In this document: positions 9,146 through 18,114 of the stretch, piece after piece
Numbering within the stretch: position 1 is the stretch's first letter
Layout: each line of letters starts with the position of its first letter
Origin: Promethearchaeota archaeon
Lineage (GTDB): Archaea > Asgardarchaeota > Lokiarchaeia > Sigyniarchaeales > SOKP01
Length of the DNA: 32,428 bases
Reading direction: 5' to 3'
Assembly: GCA_029838195.1 (NCBI GenBank)
Contig: JALGVJ010000040.1
Location: 1 to 32,428, forward strand
The notes under the pieces: generated by a model
What the model was told of the DNA's origin: nothing
What the model saw: only the letters and a program-made list of their open reading frames with translations
Databases searched by the model: none
Program-made: the position numbers and the translations under genes

Positions 9146-9166
9146 ATTATTTTTTATTATATTTTT

Positions 9167-9766
9167 ATGTTTAAATTAAATAATTTGGATTTTAATAAGT
9201 GTATTGGAACTCATACTCTATTATATGGAGAAACTAATACCTTTAAAACTCATTATACCGCACTTTTTATTCAATTTTTATTAGAAAGTAAAAATATTAA
9301 TGCAAAAGAAATAACCATATTAGATTTTGCCCCTAAATTAAAAGTTTTTAATAATATTAAAATAGGGGGTAAAATAGAAGATTTTTATGAAAAGAGCTTG
9401 TCATGTAGATATGTTCCTTTAGACCATGAAATTATCCCTCCTAGAATCAGTGCAAAAAATAAAGTAGAATTATATAAAAATGCATATCATAATTATAAGG
9501 TAACGTCGGAAGCTCTTAAAAAATATCAAGAATCACCCACTTCCTTTTTAATAATGAATGATATTTCAATTTATTTGCATTTAGGGAATAAAAAGTATTT
9601 AGCAAATATAATTACAAAAATTCCAGATACTTTTTTCGGAAATACCTATTATGGTAATGTCATAAGAAAACCGTTCGCTAAATTGTTTAGTTTAAAAGAA
9701 AGGAAAAGAATCGAATATCTTCTTCAAATAGTAGAAAACGTTTATAAAACACAACAAAATAAATAG
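9167..9766 (+). CDS. Hypothetical protein with degenerate P-loop NTPase fold
   Basis: HTLLYGETNTFKT (Walker A-like, G to F), ILDFAP, FLIMNDISIY (Walker B-like). Confidence 0.7.
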   Translation: MFKLNNLDFNKCIGTHTLLYGETNTFKTHYTALFIQFLLESKNINAKEITILDFAPKLKVFNNIKIGGKIEDFYEKSLSCRYVPLDHEIIPPRISAKNKVELYKNAYHNYKVTSEALKKYQESPTSFLIMNDISIYLHLGNKKYLANIITKIPDTFFGNTYYGNVIRKPFAKLFSLKERKRIEYLLQIVENVYKTQQNK

Positions 9767-9768
9767 TT

Positions 9769-10107
9769 TCAATTAAAATGCGTGAATCCTTTCAATTCAT
9801 TCAATAAAATTTCATTTAATTTACTCTTATTCGAAAATGGGGCCATATCTTTTAAATCTGAAAAAAGGTCTACCGGATAATCCTCAAATAAATCCAGAAC
9901 AAGGATAATAAGATTAGAAATCGTTTTATACTTGCTTGGAGAATTTTTATACAAGAATAATTTACACGTTAATCGTGAAAGCAATTTATACTTTATTTTT
10001 TGTAAATATTCTTTTTCTAAAATCCTTCCTGTATGATAAGATCTCAATTTACAATTAATGAATTTCATGCATCTCCTGACTTCAGATATATCTTCATTAT
10101 AAAACAT
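9769..10107 (-). CDS. Hypothetical protein
   Basis: 112-aa ORF convergent with, and 2 nt from, the previous gene; no motif recognised. Confidence 0.6.
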   Translation of the reverse strand: MFYNEDISEVRRCMKFINCKLRSYHTGRILEKEYLQKIKYKLLSRLTCKLFLYKNSPSKYKTISNLIILVLDLFEDYPVDLFSDLKDMAPFSNKSKLNEILLNELKGFTHFN

Positions 10108-10338
10108 TTTAATGAAAACTTCTTTAGTGTTTCAAATTACTACTAGAAAATACCTAAATATATGTAAAGGAAAATATTATATAGGTATTAGTTAATAATC
10201 TCCTTTTTGATATCGAATTTTATGAAAATGAGGTAGATATTGTGAAAAATTGAAAAATTTATATTTATTAGTATTTTTTTTTGATTTTTCTAAAATTGTT
10301 AACTCCACCTACTAATTGATAATAATCCATTAAAAAAA

Positions 10339-11346
10339 TCATGCTTTTTCCATGGAATATGCCTCTAACACGCACTCAACGGCTCTTTTTCCATCTTCAA
10401 AATTAGGATGTTCTTGCTTTCCCTTTAATACGCATTCTACAAAATGATCAATTAATAGATTTTGAGTATTAACAAATGCGGGTTGGTAATTCAGCAATTC
10501 TTTTACCATATTGTTTTTCTTTAACTTTTTCGATATATGGAAAACTGGTTGCTTAGCATGTATATCTATTTTTAAGGTGCCTTCCGTTCCAAATAATTCA
10601 ATAGTTTCCATCGGTTCATTACACCAAGACACGGTTATCGTCCCTAAACAAGAATTCTCAAACCGTACTAGAATGATACAATTATCCTCCTCTTCAATAT
10701 TTTTGCAAATGGTATTGGAGCTATATCCATTAACCCGTTTGTATTCGCCCAGTAAATATCGCAAGATATCAATGCAATGAACAGCTAAATCCAAGGCAAC
10801 GCCTCCTCCTGCCATGCGGGAATCAAAAAACCATTTCTGCTTCGATAAGGGTCTCCATGAGGTATAAGGCCCTAAATGCGAAAAATAATACCTAATGGAA
10901 ACTAATTGCCCTAAAATAGCATTATCTATTATTTTTTTTACATTAGAAAATATAGGGTTATATCGTTTCTGAAAGGAGCTAAAATAGATTAGATTTTTTA
11001 CCTTTAATTTAGCCTCAACCTCCTTTAATTCTTCCTGAGCAATACAAATTGGTTTTTCACATAGTATATTTATTTCATTCTCTATTGCTTCCAATGTCAT
11101 GGGCGCATGTAGATAGTTAGGAGAACAAATTGACACGATATCTAAATCATTTTCTTTTAACATGAGTTTCCAATCTTCTCCCCAATAAAACTTTGGAATC
11201 TTAAATTTTTCAGCAGCTTCCTTAGCATGTTCTTCCGTACGAGACGCAACCGCAATTAATTCGCAGTTTTCATTTTTACTATATCCCTGTAGGTGTAAGC
11301 GTCCAAATCCCCCCGCTCCGATTAACCCTACCCTTAATTTTTTCAT
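10339..11346 (-). CDS. Gfo/Idh/MocA family NAD(P)-dependent oxidoreductase
   Basis: GLIGAGGFG, SPNYLH, LCEKP, AGGGVALDLAVHCID. Confidence 0.95.
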   Translation of the reverse strand: MKKLRVGLIGAGGFGRLHLQGYSKNENCELIAVASRTEEHAKEAAEKFKIPKFYWGEDWKLMLKENDLDIVSICSPNYLHAPMTLEAIENEINILCEKPICIAQEELKEVEAKLKVKNLIYFSSFQKRYNPIFSNVKKIIDNAILGQLVSIRYYFSHLGPYTSWRPLSKQKWFFDSRMAGGGVALDLAVHCIDILRYLLGEYKRVNGYSSNTICKNIEEEDNCIILVRFENSCLGTITVSWCNEPMETIELFGTEGTLKIDIHAKQPVFHISKKLKKNNMVKELLNYQPAFVNTQNLLIDHFVECVLKGKQEHPNFEDGKRAVECVLEAYSMEKA

Positions 11347-11538
11347 TTTTATTACATGTTCGCCTCTATCATTGATAGTTATGAATTATAGATGAAAATT
11401 AGATATTAAATAATATTAAAAAATTAAATTAAAATCATTTTATTATCCTTGTTAATTAAAGAGAAATAAATCCACCATTCGAATTTAATTTCTTAAAGAA
11501 TCTTCCATATTTATTAATTTCAATTCTTTTTATTATTC

Positions 11539-12195
11539 ATGGATCCTAAACGATATGTGATTTTCGGGGCTCCCGGAGCAGGTAAGGGAACATTCTGTTC
11601 TAGAATAGTTGAGTTATTTCCTCATATAAAACATGTAAGCACGGGAGATATTTTTAGAGAAAATGTAAAAAATGAAACAGAATTAGGGAAAAAAGTAAAG
11701 GAATTTCTTGATGCGGGTAAATTGGTACCTGATGAAATTACCAATGCTATCGTAAAAGATAAACTCGAACAATTAAGTCAGGATTCTTGGATTTTAGATG
11801 GCTTTCCACGGACATTATCTCAGGCAGAATTTTTAAGTTCTCATTTTAATATTGACAAGGTACTGGTATTAGATGTCCCTCGTGATGTCATAAAAAAACG
11901 AATATTGGGACGATTTAGTTGTCCCAAATGCGGAAAAATCTATAATAAATTTACACTTCCACCAAAAGACCAAAAAGGAGAAAACGAATGGATCTGTGAT
12001 AATTGCGGTGCCGATATTACCTTCGTTCAGAGAAGTGATGATACCGAAGAAGCGTTAGAAAAAAGATTAGACATTTATGAAAAGAATGCTCAACCCGTTT
12101 TGGAATATTATGAAAAAAAAGGAAAAATTGTAAAAATAGGGACAGAAAATACCTTAGAACTTTCAAAAGAAGAAATAATGAATATTCTGAATTGA
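11539..12195 (+). CDS. adk: Adenylate kinase (bacterial/AK-type with Zn-binding lid)
   Basis: GAPGAGKGT, HVSTGDIFRE, WILDGFPRT, lid CPKC...CDNC, QRSDD. Confidence 0.95.
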   Translation: MDPKRYVIFGAPGAGKGTFCSRIVELFPHIKHVSTGDIFRENVKNETELGKKVKEFLDAGKLVPDEITNAIVKDKLEQLSQDSWILDGFPRTLSQAEFLSSHFNIDKVLVLDVPRDVIKKRILGRFSCPKCGKIYNKFTLPPKDQKGENEWICDNCGADITFVQRSDDTEEALEKRLDIYEKNAQPVLEYYEKKGKIVKIGTENTLELSKEEIMNILN

Positions 12196-12201
12196 GGACC
12201 C

Positions 12202-12618
12202 ATGAACGAAAAAACCTTTGTCATGATTAAACCCGATGCGGGGAAGCGGCGGCTTATTGGGGAAATTATTAATCGATTTGAAAAAGATCCCGCATTAAAT
12301 ATTAAAGAACTTAAAATGATGACCGTTTCGAAAGAATTAGCTGAAAAAATTTACGCAGAACACTATGGGAAAGAATTTTATGAGCGTTTAATCAATTTCA
12401 TTACTTCAAGGCCCATTGTCGCAATGATGGTAGAAGGAGAAAATGCTATATCTCATGTCCGCAAGTTAATTGGTGCTACGGATCCCTCAAAAGCCGCACC
12501 AGGAACGATTCGCGGGGATCTTAAGGAAGTTCCCGTGAAAAGCGTCACGGAAAATCTGATTCATGCATCCGATTCTACAAAGTCTGCCGAAAGAGAACTG
12601 AATTTATTTTTTCCTTAA
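12202..12618 (+). CDS. ndk: Nucleoside diphosphate kinase
   Basis: TFVMIKPD, GATDP..AAPGTIRGD, NLIHASDS (catalytic His). Confidence 0.97.
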   Translation: MNEKTFVMIKPDAGKRRLIGEIINRFEKDPALNIKELKMMTVSKELAEKIYAEHYGKEFYERLINFITSRPIVAMMVEGENAISHVRKLIGATDPSKAAPGTIRGDLKEVPVKSVTENLIHASDSTKSAERELNLFFP

Positions 12619-12696
12619 CTTTAATCTTATTTTATTTATTTTCTTCTCTTTTAGAATTATGATATTTAATAGACTTCATTAAAATTTTTAAAAATA

Positions 12697-13443
12697 ATGA
12701 AACCTAAAATTTGCATCGCATTACCCATTCATTCGGGAAATATTGAGGAAATCAATATTGTTTTAGAAAAAGTAATTAAACTACATCCAGATTTCATTGA
12801 ATTAAGATTTGATTATATTGACTCTTTGTCTGAGCTCACCGAAGAATTTGTTCTTTCAATAACTGAAGGAATACCCTCAAGCATTTCCGTGATCTTCACG
12901 TTTCGTAAGAGTTCGGAAGGAGGAAAATTTAAAATTAAAGAAGATTATCGATATAAGATCATAGATTTTTTATTAGATTTTTCCCCCGATTATTTAGATA
13001 TCGAAATAAGTACGAGTAATGAGTATCTGGGAAAAGTCATAGCAAAATGTTTGGAAAAAGAAATCAATTTAATTTTTTCTTACCATGATTTTAATAAAAC
13101 GCCTTCTACGTTAGATGAATGTTGTCAAATAGTCGAACATTTTCAAAAAAGATTAACTCATGATTTACATGTAAATATAACCGTACTTAAAGCAAATACG
13201 TTAAAGCTCATTTTTACGGCTCAGTCTATTGAAGATTGCATCGTTCCCCTCCAAGCATGCAAGTTTTATTCTGAAAACCAGCAAAAAATAATAAGCTTTT
13301 GCATGGGAGAGCTGGGAATCCTTTCAAGAGTCCTTTCCGTGTTTAATGGAGCCTTTTTTACTTTTGCTTCATTCGAGGAAAGCACGGCTTCTGGCCAGAT
13401 TAATATCAATATTTTAAGAAAATTTTTTGAATTCTTCTCTTAA
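12697..13443 (+). CDS. aroD: Type I 3-dehydroquinate dehydratase
   Basis: DFIELRFD, IFTFRKSSEGG, YLDIE, FSYHDFNKTP, FCMGELGILSR, TASGQ. Confidence 0.93.
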   Translation: MKPKICIALPIHSGNIEEINIVLEKVIKLHPDFIELRFDYIDSLSELTEEFVLSITEGIPSSISVIFTFRKSSEGGKFKIKEDYRYKIIDFLLDFSPDYLDIEISTSNEYLGKVIAKCLEKEINLIFSYHDFNKTPSTLDECCQIVEHFQKRLTHDLHVNITVLKANTLKLIFTAQSIEDCIVPLQACKFYSENQQKIISFCMGELGILSRVLSVFNGAFFTFASFEESTASGQININILRKFFEFFS

Positions 13444-13482
13444 ATTACAAACATTTATTATGCTAAAAAATAGATTTAATAG

Positions 13483-13517
13483 AAATAGAATTTCCTTCAA
13501 AACTAGAAATTCTATTT
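13483..13517. repeat. Perfect 12-bp inverted repeat with 11-nt spacer (terminator hairpin or operator)
   Basis: AAATAGAATTTC (13483-13494) and GAAATTCTATTT (13506-13517), 40 nt after the aroD stop. Confidence 0.6.
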
Positions 13518-13709
13518 ACAAAGATTATTAGTTCAATCCGCTAAACGATGAGATTTCAAGAATGAGAAAGTATGGCAAAAACAGACCAAAAAGATATAAA
13601 AAAACCAAAATATTAGTCTTTTAATTACTATCCATGTATAACTTTAAAATAAAGAAATTCAAATTATTTTATAATAAAAAAAAGATAAATCATGTAATCT
13701 CGTAAAAAA

Positions 13710-15194
13710 ATGTTAAATTTTAATCGAAAATTAAACTTGATAGTTGTATTGTTTCTGTTGTTCCTTCCCATTTTCGAAAGTTCTGCTTTCAGCACCACGG
13801 TTTCAAGTTCCACGTCATCATTGACACCCGCCATCGAAGGCACAACTCAAGGTCAACAAGTCATAGATTATTTTCGTCAAGTGTTTAACTATGATTGGAA
13901 GTTAGGTGAAGAATATGATTTTGCGGAAGACGGAATTGGAGAACCTCAAAGCTCGGTGATATACGGAAGTAATTATGATCCACAAGCTTCCGAACAAATT
14001 TCCGGAACGATGAAAATTACTCCCATTCTTTCTCCCGATAATTCTGAATCTCAAATATTATCTCTTATAAATAGCGCAACAAAGAGTTTAGACATAGAAC
14101 AAATGTACATTTATGACGACTTAACGGATATAGTAAATGCGATAATATCAGCTTATGAGCGTGGTGTCACCGTACGTGTGATTTTGGATGATGCTAACAA
14201 TGAGGATTCAAAAGCTACTGCTGATTTACTAACTATTAATGGGATAACCGTAAAAATCTGTACCGGAACGGTGCCAATGTATTTTGACACGCAACATAAT
14301 AAAGGCGTAATCGTTGATGGCACTAAAGTATTAATCTCTTCTATTAATTGGTCTCCCACTTCTTTCAGAGAAAATCGAGAAGCAGGTCTTATAATTGAAT
14401 CGGTAGCCGTTGCTGCGTATTATCAAGAATTATTTGATCATGACTGGTCTGTCTGTGAACTGTATGATTCTTCCGTCCATCTTCAAACTCAATCATTAAT
14501 TTTACCAGAAACTATTAAAAATAATCAGCCTTCCGCTTCTCTTGCTTATATTAACCAATTTTCTACGGTGCAAACCTTCGAAGGAGAAATGATAGTAACG
14601 TGCATGGCTTCTCCTGACAATTGTTATAGTGTGGTAGCGAATTTATTAAGAAATGCTCGTTACACCATTTATTTATCCGTGTACACGCTCTCTTCTCCTT
14701 ACCTCATTGAAATTTTACGAGATAGAATTGCTAATGGCGTGAAAGTAAAATTACTTTTGGAAAAATATCAAGTAAGCTCGTACGAAAGGGATTACAATAG
14801 AGACGCACTGTATCGCCTCACTGTACAAGGCGTAAAATCTAAAGAAAACCCAAGCGAAAAACTAAAAGCTGAAGGATTATGGGCGAGCCAAGACTTTACA
14901 TATCAACATTGCAAGTATTGTATCATAGATAACAAAACCTTAATCCTTTCAAGCGGAAATTGGGCTCGTTCCAGCTGCCCTAAACCCCAAGATGATGGTG
15001 ATGTTGATGGAAATCGAGATTGGTGGATTGCTATTTACGGATCTAATCCGGGAGAGATTGAGGAAACCTTGCCCTTTTCCATTCCATTTCTTAATCTATC
15101 TTCTTGGTTTTTAATAATAGGCATTGTTTCCGCAATCATGGTGATTGTATCCGCTAAAAAAATTACGTGGAAAAGGAGCATGACAATAAATTAA
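13710..15194 (+). CDS. Secreted, C-terminally membrane-anchored phospholipase D-superfamily protein (two HKD motifs)
   Basis: Signal peptide; HNKGVIVD...SSINWS...NREAG and HCKYCIID...SGNW; C-terminal IPF, TM helix and basic tail. Confidence 0.9.
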   Translation: MLNFNRKLNLIVVLFLLFLPIFESSAFSTTVSSSTSSLTPAIEGTTQGQQVIDYFRQVFNYDWKLGEEYDFAEDGIGEPQSSVIYGSNYDPQASEQISGTMKITPILSPDNSESQILSLINSATKSLDIEQMYIYDDLTDIVNAIISAYERGVTVRVILDDANNEDSKATADLLTINGITVKICTGTVPMYFDTQHNKGVIVDGTKVLISSINWSPTSFRENREAGLIIESVAVAAYYQELFDHDWSVCELYDSSVHLQTQSLILPETIKNNQPSASLAYINQFSTVQTFEGEMIVTCMASPDNCYSVVANLLRNARYTIYLSVYTLSSPYLIEILRDRIANGVKVKLLLEKYQVSSYERDYNRDALYRLTVQGVKSKENPSEKLKAEGLWASQDFTYQHCKYCIIDNKTLILSSGNWARSSCPKPQDDGDVDGNRDWWIAIYGSNPGEIEETLPFSIPFLNLSSWFLIIGIVSAIMVIVSAKKITWKRSMTIN

Positions 15195-15195
15195 A

Positions 15196-15218
15196 GGGAA
15201 AAAATAATAGTTTTTCCC
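15196..15218 (+). terminator. Hairpin followed by T-rich tract after the PLD gene
   Basis: GGGAAAAA-7 nt-TTTTTCCC immediately after the stop, followed by T runs. Confidence 0.5.
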
Positions 15219-15621
15219 AATTTTATCATTTTTCAAATTTTTCTTTTGACCCTTATTATTGGACTCCTCAAACTATTTCGAGATATTTTTTAAATTTTAA
15301 ATAAATTCATGGCATGTCTTTTACAAACCTTTAAAAAAACGTTTTTAATTCTCAATATCCTATTAATCTAATTAAAATTCTTTCTAATTGCATTGAACCA
15401 TGATATCACTAAAATTTTTAAAAAAATGTAAATTTATTAATAAATTCCCCCATTTTTCATAAAAATTTACTTTTCATGATTTAAAATATTCACTTATTTT
15501 GAAAAATCAATCGAGATCTTGATGATAATTAAAAGTAATTGCGAAAACTTTGCTTTAAAATTTATCTATTATAATCTAAAGCAATTTTTTTCATTAATTT
15601 TTTTTCATTTTTGTAAATATA

Positions 15622-15960
15622 ATGAAAGATTTAAACATGATTAAAAAGATTATCAAGAGCTTTCGAATGATTATACATGATATTTTTAATCTATCTGAAC
15701 GTAGAGATTTCGTAAAGATGATTTTCTCTTCAGGTTATGAAGATGTCCTCAATGGAAGAGTAAATGAGTATTTTAATAAAGAGATTCTTGCTTTTCCTCA
15801 AGATACTCCCCAATTAAATCAGATGAGAGAAAGCATCCTTTATTTACTAGAAAAAATTCACGATTCTAATCAAGTATTAAAATTATTATTTTACTTGACG
15901 CTTTTTGCGGATAAAAATGGGTTAGACAACCATGAAATAAAAACAATTTTTGATTTTTGA
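15622..15960 (+). CDS. Hypothetical protein
   Basis: 112-aa ORF in a very AT-rich context; no motif recognised. Confidence 0.55.
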   Translation: MKDLNMIKKIIKSFRMIIHDIFNLSERRDFVKMIFSSGYEDVLNGRVNEYFNKEILAFPQDTPQLNQMRESILYLLEKIHDSNQVLKLLFYLTLFADKNGLDNHEIKTIFDF

Positions 15961-16267
15961 CTCTACAGGAAAAAATTATTTCATTTTATATCATTAATTT
16001 AAAAAAAATATTGTTTAACTTAACTCTTGTTTTCTTAATCTTACTCTAATAGTTCAATCTCTTCTCTATCGAGAGGAATTACTTCTCTTTCGATCATAAT
16101 ACAATCCTCTTATTATACAAATGTAATTTTAAAATTACTATATATAAAATGATCACGTCCTTAATTAAAAAACAAGAAAAAAATAGTGATCCAAGGAAAC
16201 GACTTTAAAAAGGAGTTCAAACAGAAAGAAATAATTTTTAATTTAAAAAGCCGAACCTTGTTCAATT

Positions 16268-16438
16268 TCATGTTTTACTCCATTTATGCCCACATAATCC
16301 GCATTTAATCAAGGTTTTATATACGGGAGTTCCTTGCATAGAATAATATAGCACTTCCGATTTATCTGGTTCTTCATGAAGCAATTTATTATTTTCATTA
16401 TTACATCTTGGACATTTTATTCGTTTATAATTACTCAC
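16268..16438 (-). CDS. Small C4 zinc-ribbon protein, 56 aa (not in ORF track): MSNYKRIKCPRCNNENNKLLHEEPDKSEVLYYSMQGTPVYKTLIKCGLCGHKWSKT
   Basis: Manual translation from GTG 16438 to TGA 16268; paired CPRC and CGLCGHKW motifs. Confidence 0.8.
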   Translation of the reverse strand: MSNYKRIKCPRCNNENNKLLHEEPDKSEVLYYSMQGTPVYKTLIKCGLCGHKWSKT

Positions 16439-16662
16439 GAGGCATCACGTAAGAAGTTTTTTGTAAACATAATATAGTGAATTAATTTAAATCTTGTTAA
16501 ATCAAAAAATAGAGTTCTCCCTTGAGAAAATTGAGAGATAAAATAATATATGAGATTATTTCATCAAATCGACTTTTTATGGGTTAAGAAAGGTATTTCA
16601 AGAGAGAAAACTATTTGAGGATCTATTTTTTTAGTAAGGATAATTATTGTTCCCCATCTTAG

Positions 16663-17328
16663 ATGAACTCCATTCAAGGGATGGGAATATCAACCATATA
16701 TTTATTCAAAAAGAAAATTTTAAAGAGTGTTGATTTCATCATGGAAGATATTGAAATGAAAGAAACGAAAGTAAAAAAAAAAATATTAGGTATTATGGGA
16801 AGCCCTCGCAAAAATGGAAATACGCACGTCATGCTCTCGAAGATTTTAGAGGGAGCTAAAGAATCAGGTGCTGAAACGGAAATAATTTTCTTAGGAGATT
16901 TGAGGATTCAAGAATGCGATGGCTGTTACGCTTGTTGGAACGGAAATAATTGTAGTAAGCAAGATGACATGAATGATTTATATGAAAAAATAAGTGAGAG
17001 TGATGTTCTCATATTTGGAACGCCTGTATATTGGTACGGACCTACTGCCTTAATGAAAGCTTTCTTGGCTCGTTTTGTATATTTTAATTGCACGGAAAAT
17101 AGAAAAAAAATAAAAAACAAACGAGCTGTCCTCGCAGTCCCTTTTGAAGAAAATAATTTAGAAACAGCTAATCCTTTAATTCAGATGTTTGAAAAAAGTT
17201 TCAAGTATTTAAATATTCCTTTAATTGAAAAAATCATAGTACCGGGAGTAACTGAAAGAGGAGAAATATTAAAAAAAGAGAAAATCATGATGTATTGTCA
17301 AGAGATTGGGCATGAATTGGCGAAATAG
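16663..17328 (+). CDS. Iron-sulfur flavoprotein / NADPH-dependent FMN reductase family (true start probably 16741 or 16756)
   Basis: GSPRKNGNT, CDGCYACW....C, FGTPVYWYGPTALMKAF. Confidence 0.92.
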   Translation: MNSIQGMGISTIYLFKKKILKSVDFIMEDIEMKETKVKKKILGIMGSPRKNGNTHVMLSKILEGAKESGAETEIIFLGDLRIQECDGCYACWNGNNCSKQDDMNDLYEKISESDVLIFGTPVYWYGPTALMKAFLARFVYFNCTENRKKIKNKRAVLAVPFEENNLETANPLIQMFEKSFKYLNIPLIEKIIVPGVTERGEILKKEKIMMYCQEIGHELAK

Positions 17329-17415
17329 TGAATCTTATTTCATTAAATGTGAAATTATCCTCTTAAATTCAGAGGCGATGCTTAAAAAAAGATTTTTCAA
17401 TGAACTCTTTTTGAT

Positions 17416-17946
17416 TTATTTTATTTTAGTTTTTTTGAGAATGAGGTCTACAATCTCATCTATAGTTTTATTTGTCGTATCAATTTGATAATCAGCATGA
17501 GCTAAATAAAAGGGTTTTCTAAAACTTAAAAGTTCTTCAATTTCCTTTTTAACGTTAGGTTTATTAATTTTAGGTCTTATTTCTTTCCCATCTTTCATAA
17601 TTCTCCTATAAATTTCTTCCTTTGAAGCGGTAAGCAAGATAATAATACAATTTTTTTTCAAATAATCTATGTTAATTTTGTTTAGGACTATACCTCCTCC
17701 ACAAGATATGACTTTTTTTTTCATTTCCGATAATTTTTTACACATTGCGATTTCGAGCTCTCTAAATCTGATTTCTCCATCTTCAGAAAATATCCTGTGA
17801 ATGGGCTTTCCCACTTGGTGTTCAATGAGCTCATCCATTTCGATAAATTCATATGGTACCCCTAATTTTTCTGTTAAGGCTTTTCCCACCTCACTCTTAC
17901 CTGTAGCCATGAACCCAATTAATGCAATTGAATTTTTTTCTATCAT
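17416..17946 (-). CDS. aroK: Shikimate kinase (AroK, P-loop type)
   Basis: GFMATGKS, IFSEDGEIRFRELE, ISCGGGIV, RKPFY. Confidence 0.95.
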   Translation of the reverse strand: MIEKNSIALIGFMATGKSEVGKALTEKLGVPYEFIEMDELIEHQVGKPIHRIFSEDGEIRFRELEIAMCKKLSEMKKKVISCGGGIVLNKINIDYLKKNCIIILLTASKEEIYRRIMKDGKEIRPKINKPNVKKEIEELLSFRKPFYLAHADYQIDTTNKTIDEIVDLILKKTKIK

Positions 17947-18114
17947 TTTACTTTTTCCGTTAAAATTATTCGAACCCTTATTAAGTTTTAATGATACATT
18001 TCCAATAATAACATGAAAATATAATAAAAAAAAGGATACACGTAAAATAATTTAATTTTTTCTCAATAGGAGAATTCTAACTTCCTTTCAATTGAAAATT
18101 ATTTGTATGAATCT

